Shown in pieces: positions 31,113 through 41,192 of a stretch of 64,000 bases of DNA. The notes below the pieces were generated by a model, which worked only from the letters and a program-made list of their open reading frames with translations, was not told the DNA's origin and ran no database searches. The DNA comes from an uncultured delta proteobacterium (lineage in GTDB: Bacteria; Desulfobacterota; Binatia; JACPRU01). Every line of letters starts with the position of its first letter. Within the stretch, counting starts at the first letter, position 1. Position numbers and translations under genes: made by a program. The stretch is from positions 1 through 64,000 of the forward strand of contig CAVUWD010000017.1 in the NCBI GenBank assembly GCA_963745025.1, in the 5' to 3' direction.

Positions 31113-31735
31113 TACAGTTTCGGTATGCGCAGGGTCTTGCTGATCATCAGCGAGCCCGAGAGCAGGTACAACAGCACCAGCGGATGCAGCGTCCAGCCGG
31201 CGAACAGCTGCGCGCCACCCCAGATCGCCTCGCCGGTGTGGCCGCGCCAGGCCGCCAGCGCCATCAGGCCGACCAGCAGCACGCTGCTCGGGATCGGCGT
31301 GCCCTCGAAATACTTGACCTTGCCGGAAGCATCCGCGGCCAGCGCCTCGGCGGTAATGTTGTAGCGCGCCAGCCGGCTGACGCCGCAGGCGACGAAGTAG
31401 ACCAGCACCAGCGCGTCCCAGGCGCCGTCGAGGCCGGCGCCGAAGCCGAGCGCGGCCGGCGCCACGCCGAAGCTGATCACGTCGGCGAGCGAGTCGAGCT
31501 CGCGCCCGAGCGCGCTCTGCTTCTGTCGCCAACGCGCGACGCGGCCGTCGAATGCGTCGAACACGAAGGCCGCCGGCACCAGCGCGGCGGCGACCAGCAG
31601 GCCATCGGGCAGCTCCCCGTTCAGGAATGCCATCACCGCCAGCACCGCGCCCATGCCGCAGAAGGCGTTGGCGATCGTGAACCAGTCCGCGAGGTGGAAG
31701 CCGCGGATCATCGAGAAGTGCGGTTGCTTTTCCAT
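31112..31735 (-). CDS. pssA: CDP-alcohol phosphatidyltransferase (phosphatidylserine synthase-like)
   Basis: DAFDGRVAR...GRELDSLADVISFGVAPA, SRLARYN and FEGTPIP motifs. Confidence 0.85.
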   Translation of the reverse strand: MEKQPHFSMIRGFHLADWFTIANAFCGMGAVLAVMAFLNGELPDGLLVAAALVPAAFVFDAFDGRVARWRQKQSALGRELDSLADVISFGVAPAALGFGAGLDGAWDALVLVYFVACGVSRLARYNITAEALAADASGKVKYFEGTPIPSSVLLVGLMALAAWRGHTGEAIWGGAQLFAGWTLHPLVLLYLLSGSLMISKTLRIPKL

Positions 31736-32076
31736 GGGCGCCCGTTGCCTCTTGCAGTCGCTGATCCCGCCTACGGGTGGGTCGCCTCACGCGGAATACC
31801 TACGGTGACACGCAACCCATCATAGTTCACCTGGAAGCTCAGATCAGGTCTTAGGATCGGCAGCGGATAGGTGACCTGGACCGACCAGAGGCCCCCTCTT
31901 CCATCAGGCGATACGGGCAACGTCCATTCTCGCGCCCGCCTCGCAGCGGCGGCGTCGAGATGGCTCGTGCACGCGCGGGACCCTAGCACGGACACGCCGC
32001 AGTACAGCAGCCGCGCCCGTCCGTGCTATCTGTCCGCCCGGCATGTCGCGCGAGGACGTCACGGCAACCCGGCACG

Positions 32077-32385
32077 ATGATCCTCCGCGGTGCCGCGTCC
32101 GCTGGCCGCAGGAAGGCGACGGCCGAGCTGCAGGCCGTCGCGGAAGAGATCGAGCAGCGGCTCGGCATCGCGCCGAGTCCGGGCTCGCTGAACGTCGTCC
32201 TCGACGCGCCCGTCATGCTGTCCAGCTCCATGGCCGTTCGGCTGGGTGACGGATGGCGGCTCTTCTGCAGGCGGTCGTCGGCGGATTGCCCGTCTGGGCC
32301 TACCGCTGGGCCGAGGCGCCGCTGCACGCGCTGGAGATCGTGGCCCCGGTGCACCTGCGGACCGCGCTCGCCCTCGGCGGATCCG
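32077..32385 (+). pseudogene. DUF120/CTP-dependent riboflavin kinase-like domain, frameshifted
   Basis: LGIAPSPGSLNVVL / LHALEIVAPVHLRTALAL. Confidence 0.5.
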
Positions 32386-32389
32386 TTCG

Positions 32390-32481
32390 TGGCCGCTTGT
32401 CCCCGCGACGCTATTGACCACGAAGCCCCCGTAGGAATGACCGACTAGCGCCGCGTCCTCGACCTCCTCCCACTTCAACAT
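32390..32481 (-). pseudogene. Alpha/beta hydrolase fragment
   Basis: LVGHSYGG nucleophile elbow. Confidence 0.55.
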
Positions 32482-32562
32482 CTTGAGCTCGCCGATGCCC
32501 GGTTCAATCAGCGCCGGCAGCGCAATCGCGCCAGCTTCGATGACCCAAGCCTATAGCAATTT

Positions 32563-32592
32563 TTGACAATTATCGACAATTCTTGGTACTGT
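32563..32592 (+). promoter_or_regulatory. Sigma70-type promoter of the antitoxin gene
   Basis: TTGACA-N18-TACTGT with upstream TG; GACAAT direct repeat as possible operator. Confidence 0.6.
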
Positions 32593-32612
32593 CGGTCCAA
32601 TCCGGCAATCTC

Positions 32613-32748
32613 ATGAATGTGTCGCTGACGGCAAAGCTCGAAGAGCTGGTCAACGAAAAGGTGCGCAGCGGCCTCTACCATACCGCCAGCGAAGTCGTGC
32701 GCGAAGCGCTCCGGTTGTTGAAGTTGCGCGACGACGAGGCGCGGCGGG
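32613..32748 (+). pseudogene. ParD-like RHH antitoxin, truncated; no toxin gene follows
   Basis: MNVSLTAKLEELVNEKVRSGLYHTASEVVREALRLL. Confidence 0.8.
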
Positions 32749-32871
32749 TCGGTCAGCAACCCGAATCGGATCAGGAGAAAAGGAAGATAAAGCGGAAACC
32801 GCGTGGCGGCTGGCGGCGCGTTAGACGCTGACCGGCGAGCGGGCCTCGGGACGGCGAGGAAGGAGGAGTGG

Positions 32872-33279
32872 ATGGCGCGGGTTCACCGGCAAGCGGCGGC
32901 GATTCCGTATCGGATCCGCAATGGGCGCCTCGAGGTGGCGCTTGTGACCACGTCGGGAGGTAAGGGGTGGATCGTACCGAAGGGGTGGGTCGACGATGGC
33001 GAGCGGCCCCGCCAGGCGGCGATCCGTGAAGCTGAGGAAGAGGCCGGCATTCTGGGCGTTCTAGCGCGCAAGCCGCTCGGTCGCTATCGCCACGTGAATG
33101 GCCACGGCACATGCCGGGTGGACGTGTACCTGATGCGCGTAACCGACGTGCGCGAGCAATGGCTCGAGGACAAGGTCCGGCAGCGGCGATGGATGCGCAT
33201 CAGAGATGCCGCGGCGTGCCTGCGGAAGCAGTTGAGGCAGTTTGTTCACTCCGTCGAAGACGTGGTCGGGGTGGATTGA
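32872..33279 (+). CDS. NUDIX hydrolase
   Basis: PKGWVDDGERPRQAAIREAEEEAG Nudix box; AGGAGG RBS. Confidence 0.92.
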   Translation: MARVHRQAAAIPYRIRNGRLEVALVTTSGGKGWIVPKGWVDDGERPRQAAIREAEEEAGILGVLARKPLGRYRHVNGHGTCRVDVYLMRVTDVREQWLEDKVRQRRWMRIRDAAACLRKQLRQFVHSVEDVVGVD

Positions 33280-33282
33280 CGT

Positions 33283-33690
33283 CATGGCTCTCGTAGGCAC
33301 TGATCCGTCAACCGTCACCGAGTCCACGTACGTCGTCCGGTGCGAGGTGTTCTGCGGAAACGGTCACAAGCAGCCTGCAGGCGTTCCTCCCGACACGACT
33401 TCACACCAGCTGACCGCCCGCTTCGAAGCAGCCACAGCTTCGCTTGGGATCTTCCCGATGGCCCGCTCCAACAGTTGCTGGCTTCGGTAATTGGCGTGCG
33501 GCGCCTGCTGCCGCAGGCGGAGGCGGAGGAGCACGGGTCGGTCCTCGACGTCCTCGACGAACGGGGCAAAACTGTTGCACGCATTGTTTCGGGCTACGCT
33601 CGTTTGCCGACGTCACGGAACGGATGGCAGAGACTACCCACCGTAGTCACCCTGACGCCGTTGCGTGGCTACGAAGACGCCTATGCGCAT
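33283..33690 (+). pseudogene. Degenerate N-terminal part of a CHAD-domain-associated gene
   Basis: DLPDGPL...VRRLLP...VLDERGKTVARI...PLRGYE. Confidence 0.45.
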
Positions 33691-34491
33691 GAGTGCAGCA
33701 CGAAAATACCCACCCCAAAAGCGGCGACACACCTACCGGCGGCGACACGCCTACCGGCGGGTACTTTGGTGAGTCCCAGTCAGCCCTGGTCAACCCGATG
33801 CCCTGGGACTGCATGAAGGCGCGCGGCTGGCAGGCCCAGTAGCTGACGGTTGATCTCAGCACGCGCGCTGCAGTCACGCAGCCCCGCGGCCGATGACTGC
33901 GCCAGAGGACGCGCCGTCAGGGTGGGGCGGGCAGCTGCTATGCCGTGCCGCCGCCTTGCTGGCGCTCTCTCGCCGCGATGATCTCGAGGAGCTTCTCGTT
34001 CGAGGCGTTTACTTCCTTGAGGAGCGCGCCGCGCGATTCCGCTAAGCAGAGCCGGGCGTCGGTGGATCGATTCTTTCTCGTATCTTCTCAGGCAGCCTCG
34101 GCGTAGAGGCTCGGATAGGCGACTTCGCGTATCTTGAGGGCCGTGGCCATGACGCGACGGCCGGACAGCGAAACGCGCCAGCGTCGCGAATGGGGAATCT
34201 TGGCGATCAAGCGGTGGGCATGACGGCTTGATCGGCTGGAAGATCGGCATGGTCACCGGCCTCTTGACGGCCTATTTCGGCAGCGTGCTCGGCACCGCCG
34301 TCGGTGTCTTCCTCGGCTGCCGTGTTGCAGAAAACCTACTGGGATAGCGCCCTTTTCGACATTCGTCTCCATCGCAGCAGCGTTCCCCGGGGCGTAGTTG
34401 AATTTGCTGTTGCGACAATCGACAGCAGCGCTACATTTGCGTTTGGAGAGTTCAACGCAAGAAGAACCCCTCGAGGAGGAGCGAGGATCTC

Positions 34492-35364
34492 ATGAGACTC
34501 TTACGCTTTGCCCTGTGGGCAGCGTCCCTGTGTCTGCTGACGGTCGGTTCGAGCCGACCCAGCGCGTACGCTGAGCCGCCTCCTCGGGCTGCCGCGACCG
34601 GAGTCGAGCAAGCGTACTTCTTGTATCCGCTTCGAGCCGGCGAATCGCTGAACGACGTCGCGCGAGTCTTCCAGGTCCCCGCGGAGGAGCTGGCTGCTCT
34701 CAACCAGATCAGAGATCCAAACCGCCTACAGATCGGCCAGTTGTTGCGTGTGCCGGACGGATTCGCCCGGCAGGCCGCCGACCTGCGCGCCGAGCGTGAG
34801 CGGTTGCTCGGCGAAAAACAGCGGGCCGAGCGGGAGTCGGACGCGCGGAATCGCACGATCGCGGGCCTCGAGACGCAACTCCACCAGCTTCAGGCAGAGA
34901 AGAACACCGCGACCGCGGAGCTCGCCGCCGACGTCCGGTGGCACAAGACTGCGATACTGGTTTCGATTCTACTAGTCGGTGCGCTCGCCTGGGGGCTCAA
35001 GAGCCGCTTCGACCGAGCCAATCTGGTGCGCCGACAGCGCATGCTGAGGGCGGAGAACGCCGGCTTGGTCGCGGCGAAGGACAAGTATCGACAGACGGTG
35101 TCGCAGCTCGAGTTGCGCTACCAGAACCTTTACGGAAAGAAGAGCGACGAACAGCTTCCCTACGAAGTCGCCGAGGGCATCGAGCGGCTCGGCCACGCGT
35201 TCAAGGAAGGTTCCAGCGAGCTAGAGCGGCTCCTCGTCCAGCTCAGGGCCGAGCGAGAGCGACAGGGGAAGTTTCTGCCGGGGGAGGAGAGGCTGCGAGC
35301 GTGGCTCTTCCATCCGGTGCGCGAGCTGCTCGAGCGGCAGCGGGTCAAGTATCACACGCCGTGA
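34492..35364 (+). CDS. LysM-domain, coiled-coil membrane protein
   Basis: LRAGESLNDVARVFQVPAEELAALNQIRDPNRLQIGQLLRVP; signal peptide and TM helix. Confidence 0.85.
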   Translation: MRLLRFALWAASLCLLTVGSSRPSAYAEPPPRAAATGVEQAYFLYPLRAGESLNDVARVFQVPAEELAALNQIRDPNRLQIGQLLRVPDGFARQAADLRAERERLLGEKQRAERESDARNRTIAGLETQLHQLQAEKNTATAELAADVRWHKTAILVSILLVGALAWGLKSRFDRANLVRRQRMLRAENAGLVAAKDKYRQTVSQLELRYQNLYGKKSDEQLPYEVAEGIERLGHAFKEGSSELERLLVQLRAERERQGKFLPGEERLRAWLFHPVRELLERQRVKYHTP

Positions 35365-35365
35365 G

Positions 35366-35535
35366 ATGCGGCTGCAGTTCTGGTTCGAGTTTGCGAGCAC
35401 CTATTCCTATCCAGCGGCGTTTCGCGTCGAGCGGCTCGCATCGTCCGCGGGAGTGACGGTCGAATGGAGACCGTTCCTGCTCGGCCCGATCTTCCAGAGC
35501 CAGGGCTGGAGCGATTCTCCGTTCAACCTCCATCT
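35366..35535 (+). pseudogene. 2-hydroxychromene-2-carboxylate isomerase (DsbA-like) 5' fragment
   Basis: FWFEFASTYSY...WRPFLLGPIF..QGWSDSPFN. Confidence 0.8.
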
Positions 35536-36095
35536 CCCGCGAAGGGTCGCTACATGTGGCTTTTGCCACACCCCATCGCCCCCCTGATGTGCCCATAGAC
35601 ACCTCTGTGCCGGGCTGCCGCGAAGGCTTCGTCCAACCCGCGTTTACGTGAATGCGTGCTCCCTCGAACGGCTCGCTCCGCTCGCCGTTTCCCGCGCACG
35701 ACTCACGTAAACGGCTACTCCTTATGACAACTCGGCCGCTTATAGTTACTGTCCTCCGTACGGACAAGGTCCGCAGAATCTTCGCCACCGTGGGCCGGCT
35801 CAGCTCGGCGGGGAGCGAGACACTCGGCCGGAAGGAGACAGTGCTCTCCTACGTGCTGGAGCGGTCGATTCTGCAAGCTCCTATTGAGGAGTCCGTTAGT
35901 AAACTGACAACGACTGGTTCTGCATACTGTCTGGTGTCCAAGGAATTCTCAGTTGTCGTCGCAAAGACTTGTCAACTTACAAACGGACTCCTCTATAACA
36001 TCGACGAGCGGGGCGAGCAGCATTCCCGTCGTTTCCGCTGAACGAGAGCGTCGACCTTGGAGTTGCGGGCGAGAAAGGGTGCTGCCGCTCGGACT

Positions 36096-36737
36096 CTACG
36101 CCCGGCGCACATGCGCTCTGAGGGCTAGGGCGCTCATGGCCACGACCGCGAGCAGGACCAGGGCGACCCACACTTCGCCGGCTTTCCTGTTGGAGGAAAC
36201 GGAGCGCAACGCGTGCCCCCAAAGCTGCACCTGGGTGCCATAGTTCTGGACCCAAAAGAGTCGAAGCTTCTCTAGGACGGCCTTGTCGTCGGCGTCGTTG
36301 CCTTGAAGTGAAGCGAAGGTTGTCTCCGTCGAGCTCAGCAGGCGATAGAGTCTGGCCTTCTCGTCCAGAGTCAGCGAAGCCAAGAAGGCGTCGATGGCAA
36401 CATCGGCTTGAGCATCGCGCTCGCTCTGGAGCTGGTGCGCCAAGGGTGGAATGCCGTCGGCCAGGAACCCGACGGCCACCAGAATCGCCATCCCGTTGAT
36501 GAGAAACGCGGCAGCACGCAGCGCCGTGAGGCGCCGCGACCGCGAAATGAAATCGATGATCTCCAACTCCTTGAAAGACCGGCACGGGGGACCTGCGGCT
36601 CGTGAACAACGCCCCCCAACCCCCCGCCGCACCGGTCCACCCGTGCCTCGCCCGAACAACAGGGCTGGCAACACATAGCGTGCTCGTGGCCGCTCGGCCT
36701 TGATCCAACGCGACAACCCATTGTCCAAACGCGCCAA
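36096..36737 (-). CDS. Hypothetical membrane protein
   Basis: Two hydrophobic segments; start uncertain. Confidence 0.4.
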   Translation of the reverse strand: MARLDNGLSRWIKAERPRARYVLPALLFGRGTGGPVRRGVGGRCSRAAGPPCRSFKELEIIDFISRSRRLTALRAAAFLINGMAILVAVGFLADGIPPLAHQLQSERDAQADVAIDAFLASLTLDEKARLYRLLSSTETTFASLQGNDADDKAVLEKLRLFWVQNYGTQVQLWGHALRSVSSNRKAGEVWVALVLLAVVAMSALALRAHVRRA

Positions 36738-36923
36738 TGACGTCCATCGTGCTTGCCGCCGCGTCGTCGACCGATTCGTACACGTCTACCGTCTCCCGGC
36801 GCACGCCTCTTCTCCCGGCGCGCATGGCGTGAAGGAGAACTCGTTGTCGCCGATCCTTATCCGCGCCGTAAAAGCGGGCGGTAAGGAGGAATCCATAGCG
36901 TCCGAGATCGCCCGTTATGACAA

Positions 36924-37006
36924 CCGTAGAAACGGGGCGTCTCGTGTTTGGGCAGCGTCGGATATTGAGGCTTTACGTCAGTCGGCCGCTTATCCCAGCT
37001 ATCCTC
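36924..37006 (+). repeat. Dispersed ~83-bp junction repeat, copy 3
   Basis: Consensus copy. Confidence 0.95.
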
Positions 37007-37075
37007 CTGCGCCCGCTGCCGGCCGTGAAGGTGAAGGGCCGGATCGCCGAGGTGGAGGTCTACGCCCTCGTCTGA
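37007..37075 (+). pseudogene. Extreme C-terminus of a class III cyclase gene (also at 47574-47642)
   Basis: LPAVKVKGRIAEVEVYALV*. Confidence 0.65.
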
Positions 37076-37349
37076 GTCGCAACGACGGCCCATTCGAGTC
37101 GCGAAACTTCACGTTAGTGTTTGAAGGTGCAGCTCGGCGCCGGGCACCGGCCTAGGCGTGCGCTACGAACCCTGCTCCGGGTAGTCTGGCAAACGCTCCC
37201 GAAGGCGCGGTAGGACTACCCGGGCCAGACAAACACCCCGTTCAGCGACGTGAGGTAAATCCCCGGGTAGCTCTGCGGACCTTCGCTTGTTGAAATTTAT
37301 ATGATCATGTAATGCCGCTGTTGTCGTCGTGGCGTGATCGAGCATCTCA

Positions 37350-37736
37350 GTGAGCGGCCCAACCGATTGGGGGGACGAGCGCCCCTACGAAAGGCCCTCT
37401 GTCGTTCAGGTACGGGGGCGCACGAGCCGCGTTGCGCAGGTTCTGCTCGCCTTTGGCGCGATGATATTGCTCGCCGGGGCGGGGGTTGCGCTTACGATCG
37501 TTGCCGCGCGGTGGGCGAGCACTCCGTACCCGATCGCTGTCTTCCAGCAGCCGCTCGTCGAGATTGTTGTGCAGGGTGCCCCTGAGCGGCCGGCGCCGCC
37601 CGTCGCCACAGCCACCGCGACAGCGGCCCCGAGCCCGACGACCGCAGTGGAGCCGACATCCACTGTTCCATCTCCCTCGCCCTCGAGTAGCGTCTCAGCC
37701 GCAGTGCCAACGGAGACTCCGCCGGTAGCGCCGTAG
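37350..37736 (+). CDS. Hypothetical single-pass membrane protein with Pro/Thr/Ser-rich tail
   Basis: TM helix and low-complexity tail. Confidence 0.5.
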   Translation: MSGPTDWGDERPYERPSVVQVRGRTSRVAQVLLAFGAMILLAGAGVALTIVAARWASTPYPIAVFQQPLVEIVVQGAPERPAPPVATATATAAPSPTTAVEPTSTVPSPSPSSSVSAAVPTETPPVAP

Positions 37737-38003
37737 GCGACGCCGGGGCGGAGTGGCTCAGCGAGCTGCCACCCGAGCACCTCGCGGCATCAGGCGGTAA
37801 AGCTCACTCGGTATGGAGTCGTTGATCGCCGGGGATCGCGGCGGCTCGTACGGAAGCCGGCCGCCTCGTAGAATTCATCGCGGGCGGACCCGCACCGGGC
37901 GTCGTGGTGACGGGACCGAACGCACTCGCCGACGTCGATCGGGAGTCCAAGGGCGAGTTCTTTCGCTTCACGATAGATGGCGCTAGGTTTCCGCTGAATC
38001 GCC

Positions 38004-38666
38004 ATGAAAACGCTGTCGCCTGCCGAAGCACGTCGGACCTACGACCGCATCGGCAAGATACAGGATACTCAAGCATTCTACGAAGATCGCGCTACAGGCG
38101 AGCTGATCGCGCATCTCGATTTTCCGTCCGCTGCATCCGTCTTCGAGTTCGGCTGCGGGACCGGGCGCTTCGCTCATGACCTGCTCGCACACCACTTGCC
38201 TGCCGCCGCGAGCTATCGCGGCGTGGACTTGAGCCCGGTGATGGTGCGCCTCGCGGGCGAGCGCCTGGCCTCCTTCGGCTCTCGTGCGAGCGTCCGGCTG
38301 ACCGAAGGTGGGCCGCCCGCCGACGAGCCGTCGGAATCCTGTGATCGGTTCGTGTCGAACTTCGTGCTTGATCTCCTGTCTTCGGAAGACATCGAAGTCG
38401 TGATTCGTGAGGCGCATCGGATGCTCCGGCCGGGCGGACTGTTGGGTCTTTCCAGCCTGACGCTCGGGTTCACGACGGCAAGCCGCATCGTCTCGTGGAC
38501 TTGGCTCAAGATTCACGCGCTCCGGCCGTCGTTAGTCGGAGGATGCCGTCCGCTGGAGCTGCTGAACATCCTCCCGGAGGCAGCGTGGAAGGTGCGCCAT
38601 CAAGCCCGTCTCGCGCCGTTTGCGATCCCGCTCGAAGTGGTGGTGGCGGAAAAAGTGCCGATTTAG
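38004..38666 (+). CDS. Class I SAM-dependent methyltransferase
   Basis: VFEFGCGTGR, GVDLSP and RMLRPGG motifs. Confidence 0.9.
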   Translation: MKTLSPAEARRTYDRIGKIQDTQAFYEDRATGELIAHLDFPSAASVFEFGCGTGRFAHDLLAHHLPAAASYRGVDLSPVMVRLAGERLASFGSRASVRLTEGGPPADEPSESCDRFVSNFVLDLLSSEDIEVVIREAHRMLRPGGLLGLSSLTLGFTTASRIVSWTWLKIHALRPSLVGGCRPLELLNILPEAAWKVRHQARLAPFAIPLEVVVAEKVPI

Positions 38667-39082
38667 TTCCGCCTCGGCGCTGCGCGCGCGGCACCGAGGT
38701 CGAGTATCAATCGCTCGACGTGCGCCCGGACCTCGTCGCGGATGTTTCGCACCTGATCGAGCGGCAGGCCCTTCGGGTCACGAAGCTCCCAATCCTCTCG
38801 ATGCACGCCAGGGATGACTGGACACTGTTCTCCGCAGCCCATCGTGATGAGAACGTCTGCCGCCCGTGCGTTCTCGTCCGTGAGAGCTTGCGGCTTGGCG
38901 TCCGTCAGGTCCTCGCCGACCTCGCGCATCACCTGGACGACCTCTGGATGAACGCGCTCGGCCGGTTTGGTGCCCGCAGAGGTTGCGCGAGCCTTCGCCG
39001 GGTCGGCCAGAGCGTTGAAGTAAGCAGCCGCTATCTGTGAGCGGCCCGCGTTGTGGATGCAGGCGAAGAGGATGGTCTTCAT
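38663..39082 (-). CDS. arsC: Arsenate reductase (LMW-PTP type)
   Basis: CIHNAGRSQ P-loop, ITMGCGEQCP, DWELRDP. Confidence 0.9.
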   Translation of the reverse strand: MKTILFACIHNAGRSQIAAAYFNALADPAKARATSAGTKPAERVHPEVVQVMREVGEDLTDAKPQALTDENARAADVLITMGCGEQCPVIPGVHREDWELRDPKGLPLDQVRNIRDEVRAHVERLILDLGAARAAPRRN

Positions 39083-39113
39083 GGCGCGCTCCTGACTTCA
39101 ACCTCGGTCCTAG

Positions 39114-41116
39114 CCCAACTTCGACAGTAGCTCGACGGCGAGATTTTTTCGTGCTCGCCTGTTTCGGTTGTAGGCGGAACTTTTCGCTGGGATTGCGCGA
39201 GATGGGCATGTAGTGCCGACCTTGCCCCTTGCGGGTTTGCCGAGAGGGCTGCGATCGTAAGGGCGCGAGGAGGGGTGGCGGTTGTACCTGCGGCACGCGG
39301 TGCGGCGGAAGGACGGCAAGACGCATACGTACTGGCGTCTGGTTCGTTCGGTGCGCCGCGGGGGCAAGGTCGTGCAGGAGACCGTCGCGCAACTCGGAGA
39401 GCTCGACGGCGAGGGGCGTGCGCGGGCGAGGCTGTTGGCGCAGCAGATCACCGGGCGCCGTGGTGATCAGCGAGAACTGTTCGAGGAATCCGCGCCCGAG
39501 CCGCAAAGCGTAGCCGTTCGACTCGATCAAGTCGGCCTGGAACGGTCGCGCTCGTTCGCAGGCGTGTGGCTGGGATGGACGCTGTGGCGAGCGCTGCGAC
39601 TCGATGAACTGTGCGCGGAGCTCATGCCGCAAGGCCGAGAGGCGATTGCGTGGGCGCAAATGGCGGCACTGCTGGTGATCGCGCGGCTGTGCGAGCCTTC
39701 GAGCGAGTTGCACATCGCCGAGGACTGGTACCGAAAGACCGCGCTCGAAGACATTCTGGGATTGGACCCCGAGCGTGTCTACGACAATCGGCTCTACCGC
39801 GCGCTGGATCGACTGTTGCCGCACAAGGAAGCGATCGAGCGCCACCTCAAGAAGCGCCTCGGGGAGCTCTTCGACCTGGAGTACGACCTGCTGCTCTACG
39901 ACGTGACCAGCACGTACTTCGAGGGGCTGGCGGAAGGAAACGTGCTGGCGGCGCGCGGCTACAGCCGCGATCACCGCCCCGACTGCAAGCAGGTCTGCAT
40001 TGCGCTCGTGGTCACGCGTGGAGGCATGCCACTGGGCTACGAGGTCTTCGCCGGCAACCGCACCGACGTGACCACGGTCGAGGAGATCGTCGGGACGATG
40101 GAAGCACGCTACGGAGAGGCCGACCGCGTCTGGGTGATGGATCGCGGCATGACCAGCGCGGAGAACGTGGCGTGGCTGCAAGAGACTCAGCGCCGCTACC
40201 TGATCGGCACACCGAAGAGCGAGCTTCGCAAATGGGCTCGGCAAATCGCGGAGGCCAAGGACTGGAAGACGGTACGCGATGGAGTGGAAGCCAAGCTCTG
40301 CACCGGACCCGACGGCGCAGAGACCTTCTTGCTGTGTCGCTCGGTGGAGCGGCGCGAGAAAGAGAAGGCCATGCACGAGCGCTTCGCGCAGCGAATCGAG
40401 AAGAGTCTGCGCTCGCTCGGGGAGCGCCTCGAGCACGCTCGCCGGCCATTGGACCGGAGCAAGCTCGAGCGCCAGATCGGGCGGCTGCTCGGTCGAAACA
40501 GCCGGGCAGCGGAGCGCTACGCCATCGAGCTGCTCGACGATCCCACGCGACCCGGCGGCCTTCGCCTGGCGTGGTCGATTCGCTCCGAATGGGACCAATG
40601 GGCCAAGCACAGCGAGGGCTGCTATGTGCTGCGTACCAACATCACCGACTGGGACACCGCAACGCTGTGGCGCACCTACGTGCAGCTCTCCGAGGCCGAG
40701 GCTGCTTTCCGGGTCCAGAAGACCGAGCTGTCGATCCGCCCGATCTGGCACCACCGAGCGGATCGGGTGCAGGCCCACATCCTGGTTTGCTTCCTCGCCT
40801 ACGTACTCTGGAAGACTCTGGAGCAGTGGCAGAGCCGCGCCGGGCTCGGTAACAGCCCGCGCACGATCCTGGAGGACTTCGGCGCGATCCAAAGCACTGA
40901 CATCGTGCTCCCCCTGACCGAGGACCCCAGCCGCAAGCTCCGCATCCGCTGCGTGGTCCGACCCACCAGGGCCCAGGCGATCCTGCTCGATCGACTCGGC
41001 CTGAGGCTCCCCGAACGGATCAGACTTCCACCCTCGATCCCGAACATGTAGTGCCGACTTCGACACCTAACTATGCGGAAGGACTCGTCTCGACCCCTCC
41101 AACTGTCGAAGTTGGG
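39114..41116 (+). mobile_element. Complete IS1634-family insertion sequence
   Basis: 15-bp perfect terminal IRs CCCAACTTCGACAGT/ACTGTCGAAGTTGGG, CTAG on both flanks, single transposase. Confidence 0.92.
39282..41051 (+). CDS. IS1634-family DDE transposase
   Basis: [29 protein letters not shown] and AEAAFR..K...IRPIWH motifs. Confidence 0.95.
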   Translation: MYLRHAVRRKDGKTHTYWRLVRSVRRGGKVVQETVAQLGELDGEGRARARLLAQQITGRRGDQRELFEESAPEPQSVAVRLDQVGLERSRSFAGVWLGWTLWRALRLDELCAELMPQGREAIAWAQMAALLVIARLCEPSSELHIAEDWYRKTALEDILGLDPERVYDNRLYRALDRLLPHKEAIERHLKKRLGELFDLEYDLLLYDVTSTYFEGLAEGNVLAARGYSRDHRPDCKQVCIALVVTRGGMPLGYEVFAGNRTDVTTVEEIVGTMEARYGEADRVWVMDRGMTSAENVAWLQETQRRYLIGTPKSELRKWARQIAEAKDWKTVRDGVEAKLCTGPDGAETFLLCRSVERREKEKAMHERFAQRIEKSLRSLGERLEHARRPLDRSKLERQIGRLLGRNSRAAERYAIELLDDPTRPGGLRLAWSIRSEWDQWAKHSEGCYVLRTNITDWDTATLWRTYVQLSEAEAAFRVQKTELSIRPIWHHRADRVQAHILVCFLAYVLWKTLEQWQSRAGLGNSPRTILEDFGAIQSTDIVLPLTEDPSRKLRIRCVVRPTRAQAILLDRLGLRLPERIRLPPSIPNM

Positions 41117-41192
41117 CTAGTTGTCGCCCCATCCGAGAGAACCCACAAGAATAGTCGTCACCCGTGGACTGTGCCGCGAGGGTTGCGCGGCG

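Noticed and set aside
30301-33761. 18-bp tandem repeats at 30301-30360 and 33721-33761 as mini-CRISPRs
   Set aside because: Head-to-tail units with no spacers
18688-41066. Long opposite-strand or shifted-frame ORFs (e.g. 18688-20769, 21273-22994, 38778-41066)
   Set aside because: Shadows of real high-GC genes, or read-through across junctions
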